A DNA stretch of 64,000 nucleotides, from positions 496,001 through 560,000 of the forward strand of contig ML978130.1 in NCBI GenBank assembly GCA_010015805.1, in the 5' to 3' direction. Both the position numbers and the translations under genes were made by a program. This DNA comes from Rhizodiscina lignyota (lineage: Eukaryota). Position 1 is the first letter of the stretch; every line of letters starts with the position of its first letter. Below are positions 61,123-64,000 of this stretch, piece by piece. Under the pieces are notes generated by a model, which was not told where the DNA came from, made no database searches, and saw only the letters and a program-made list of their open reading frames with translations.

Positions 61123-62826
61123 TCAGAAAACTGTACCGTCAGAGACAATCATGATCGGTGGCTCCTTTGTATTCGGCCTCGAGACTTCTGCGAGTTCTCT
61201 GCCACCCTGTTCATCGCGTTAGCTATTGTTGCGTGAAATTCACTGCAGCAGGTGATGCAATTCACGTACCTTCCACGTTCCGGCCTCTAACATCTGCGCC
61301 AAGCTCAGCTCATCTGAGCCCTGCAATCCCAGTCCCAGATTGACTTGCTTGAGAAGCTCGTCAAGGAATCCAACCGTCACAGCTCTCCATTCCACAATAA
61401 CGTCGTCGTCAACGGTGAAGAGAGGCACCACCTCCATGCTTGGCTGTCCCTTGATCTGTGCGTTTTTGTTATAATTCTGCAATCCCCTCTTCGCATCCTC
61501 AGGCTTCAGCGTCAATAGGCCCGTGTCCACCAAGAGTCCACCATTCCTGTACTCGGGTAGACCGGTGAGCAGTTCGGCGCCCGCGAATTGGATGCCCATG
61601 AGACGCTGCATTGGCACCATGAGCGAGTAGCAAAGCCACTGTGTGAGCTTGTGGAACGGCACAATGTTCTCCCATGGATGCGTGGGGTGGCTAGGCATTA
61701 CGCTGCATTGCCACGCATCGCCAATGGGTACGCCGTCGATTTGTGTGCGAGTATTGGGCCAGACAGGAGCAAGACCATCGATGAGGACAGTCCAGAGGGT
61801 GGGAAGGAGGACAATGGGGAAAGAAGAGGTTTGCGTTGAGGTATGAGCGAGAAGATAGTCTGCGGGACGAAGTTTGTGTTAGTGGAATTAATTTGAGGAG
61901 AGATTTCTGGAATGGAGCATACCAAGCATGTTTCCAGGACGGGCGTCATCTCCGAAGAATTCGTGATTCTCAAGTGCATCTGCCAGGCGTTGCAAGAGGC
62001 CAGTCCTTCCCTCCAATCCATCAATCGGGTTTTGGTCCGAAACTTGAAGTCCCTTTGCAATGGCATCGATAGTCAGTCTTCGCAGACCCGCGCTATCCAC
62101 GCGGTATGGCTGCGACGGATAGCTGCTGAACATTCCCGACTTGAACATCTCTAAGCTTGCTACTGCCAAGCCTTCGCTTCTCTTGTAGTATCTGCCAGAC
62201 TCCTTGCTCTTGTATTGCCATTTGGTGCCAGCGCCTGCATCCAGAAGAACTGAAACGACAAAAAGATCGATGAGACGGCGGGTGCGCTCTTGCTGGTCGA
62301 CGGTTGAGGGCCATGTTGCCATGAGCTGGTCAATGCGAGGACGACCGCCTACGTCGAAATGCTGCCATCGGCCGTGTGGTGGGATTGATGCGTAGTCTGG
62401 TGCGTAGTCTCTCTGTTATCGGTTAGAGTTAGTGTCAAAATACTGCTATGTTATTGTCAATTGACGGGAAGCGGTGCGAACCTTGATGATAGCAATGACA
62501 TAGGCAGAAGTATCGTGCAATTTGCTCATGTCCACGACAAAATGCTTCAGCTGATTCCTCTTGGCCTGCTCAAAGACAATGCGACTCCTTTCCCTCACCG
62601 CATGGATGCTCCTAAGATATCCCACGGGGTTCACCGAGGGATCTGGAGCTCGCGGTATGGGGATCTGTGCGAGTTGCTGCATGGCGCCGTTGGTGCCTTT
62701 GGAAGAAACTGGCGTGACGGGCGACTTCATCGAGCCATTGGACGTGACGGAGAGAGTGGAATTGTCGGAGCGGGCGAGCGAGTTTGATTTTGCACTGGAA
62801 GCGCTCTTTTTGCTAAACAGCCCCAT
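61123..62826 (-). CDS. URC4: Uracil catabolism protein Urc4/Urg3 (DUF1688)
   Basis: YLRSIHAVRERS, IPPHGRWQHF, DLFVVSVLLDAGAG, RSEGLAVASL, VPFHKLTQWLCYSL, LTGLPEYRNGGL and last exon GGRELAEVSRPNTKEPPIMIVSDGTVF. Confidence 0.92.
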
Positions 62827-64000
62827 TTTGAGGGTGAGCTGTGCGTGAGCTTGCTCGCGTCAGGCGACCAGGCCCTCGAGTGCTACTGCTGGGTTGTTGA
62901 GCAATCGGAGAGTTGCGGTGCTGCAGGAGTGCGCGCTTGTCCGAAGACACGATCAGCACGCGCAGCAATTGGGCGATTATAAAGCTTGCGGTGCGATGAG
63001 AGCCGGTGGTGAGTGTGGAGATGCTCGGTTTATGTTTATGCGAAATGGTCTGGAGAGGGTTCAGGGATGGCTTTGATGTGGGTGTCTGTGTGTTCCCGCT
63101 CTGCTTTTTAGTCAGTGCGCCGCAGGTACCGTACGATCCTTGCAACGCAGCAGCGAGATCGAGGCCGTTCGCAGCGAAAGGGTAGTCTAGCGTCGCTCTC
63201 GGGTTCCGGCGAGCACTGATGCTGTGGGCAGGAGCACGACGTCGGCGTCGCTGGTGTGGGCAGCGTGCTGTGGGATGGGACAAGTGAGGATTGGGGAGAA
63301 GCAGCGAGCTGAGGGAGGCGAGAAGGAGGAAGAGGAGGCCGGCCAGCAGAAAGTTTGTCTCTCCTCTCTCAGGAGCGATTGCCGAACGCGATTCATTCAT
63401 TAGCAGACATTGGCAGTCATTTGCCAGCAGCCACGCTCGTGCCTCTGCCGTCTTGAATAATGCCACTGGGCCTGCCACAGCAGATTCCACCGCGCGCCTA
63501 AATCCAAGCGATGCCGTCCATGTCGTGCCATCATTGCCAATAAATGTGAGCACGCGATCTAGTAAGTGATCGGCCGGTGCCATCGACACGAGCACGCGAA
63601 ATTTTTATCTTCCGCATGGAGCATGGCTGAGAGGCACGCAAGAGCTGGCTGTGAGATTCAGGAGAGCACTGGGCGCCGGGAAGCTTTCCATCCAAGTCGA
63701 AGGGACGGAGCTCCGCATATAATCTCGGAAGCGGTGGCTGGAATTGCTTGCATCGGGCGCTGTCGAGTTGGGCAATAGTATTCCATATTATTCCATATTA
63801 TTAGCAGCGTCGCGAGATTACTCGGCGCCATCCGAGTTGCAGCCATCCAAGCGATTGGTCTGAGCACGGCGTGCGGCCCACGCGAGCGCCACACTTGCAT
63901 GCGAAATAAAGCCACCTCCGCCACACTCCCCCCCAAACCCACTCGCGGAAGCCGGTCCGCCCACTTTAACTTGCGCCGAGCTTCTTCACCGTCGTAAGTA

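Noticed and set aside
62813..63595. 260-aa ORF upstream of URC4
   Set aside because: No recognisable motif, overlaps the URC4 start out of frame, and looks like GC-rich promoter/5'UTR sequence.

Overview
Gene-dense 64 kb window from a filamentous ascomycete (Pezizomycotina): short GT-AG introns with CTRAC-type branch points, a Zn2Cys6 factor and HET-domain genes. Conserved genes (FAL1/eIF4A-III, GUS1, SGT1, ADE6, RTS1/PP2A-B56, TFC1/tau95, a Pmp3-family proteolipid, an ankyrin-tailed asparaginase, URC4) are interspersed with accessory genes: two aldo-keto reductases, a FAD monooxygenase, DUF3405, F-box-like proteins, a hotdog thioesterase, a secreted cupin-like protein and several orphans. 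The most unusual segment is about 32.0-36.5 kb. There, two decayed HET-gene pieces, in the same orientation and domain order, bracket a hAT transposase relic, a probable Tc1/mariner 5' relic and a repeat-protein gene (units ending in ILPR, hydrophobic C-terminal anchor, spanning an assembly gap). Other points of note: an amino-acid permease pseudogene with a large internal deletion, a 65-bp tandem array that begins inside the last codons of the Zn2Cys6 gene, a Gly/Thr 11-mer amphipathic-repeat protein, a candidate dead retropepsin and a candidate alternative last exon of RTS1. No tRNA, rRNA or CRISPR array was recognised. All family calls come from motif recognition by eye; no searches were run.
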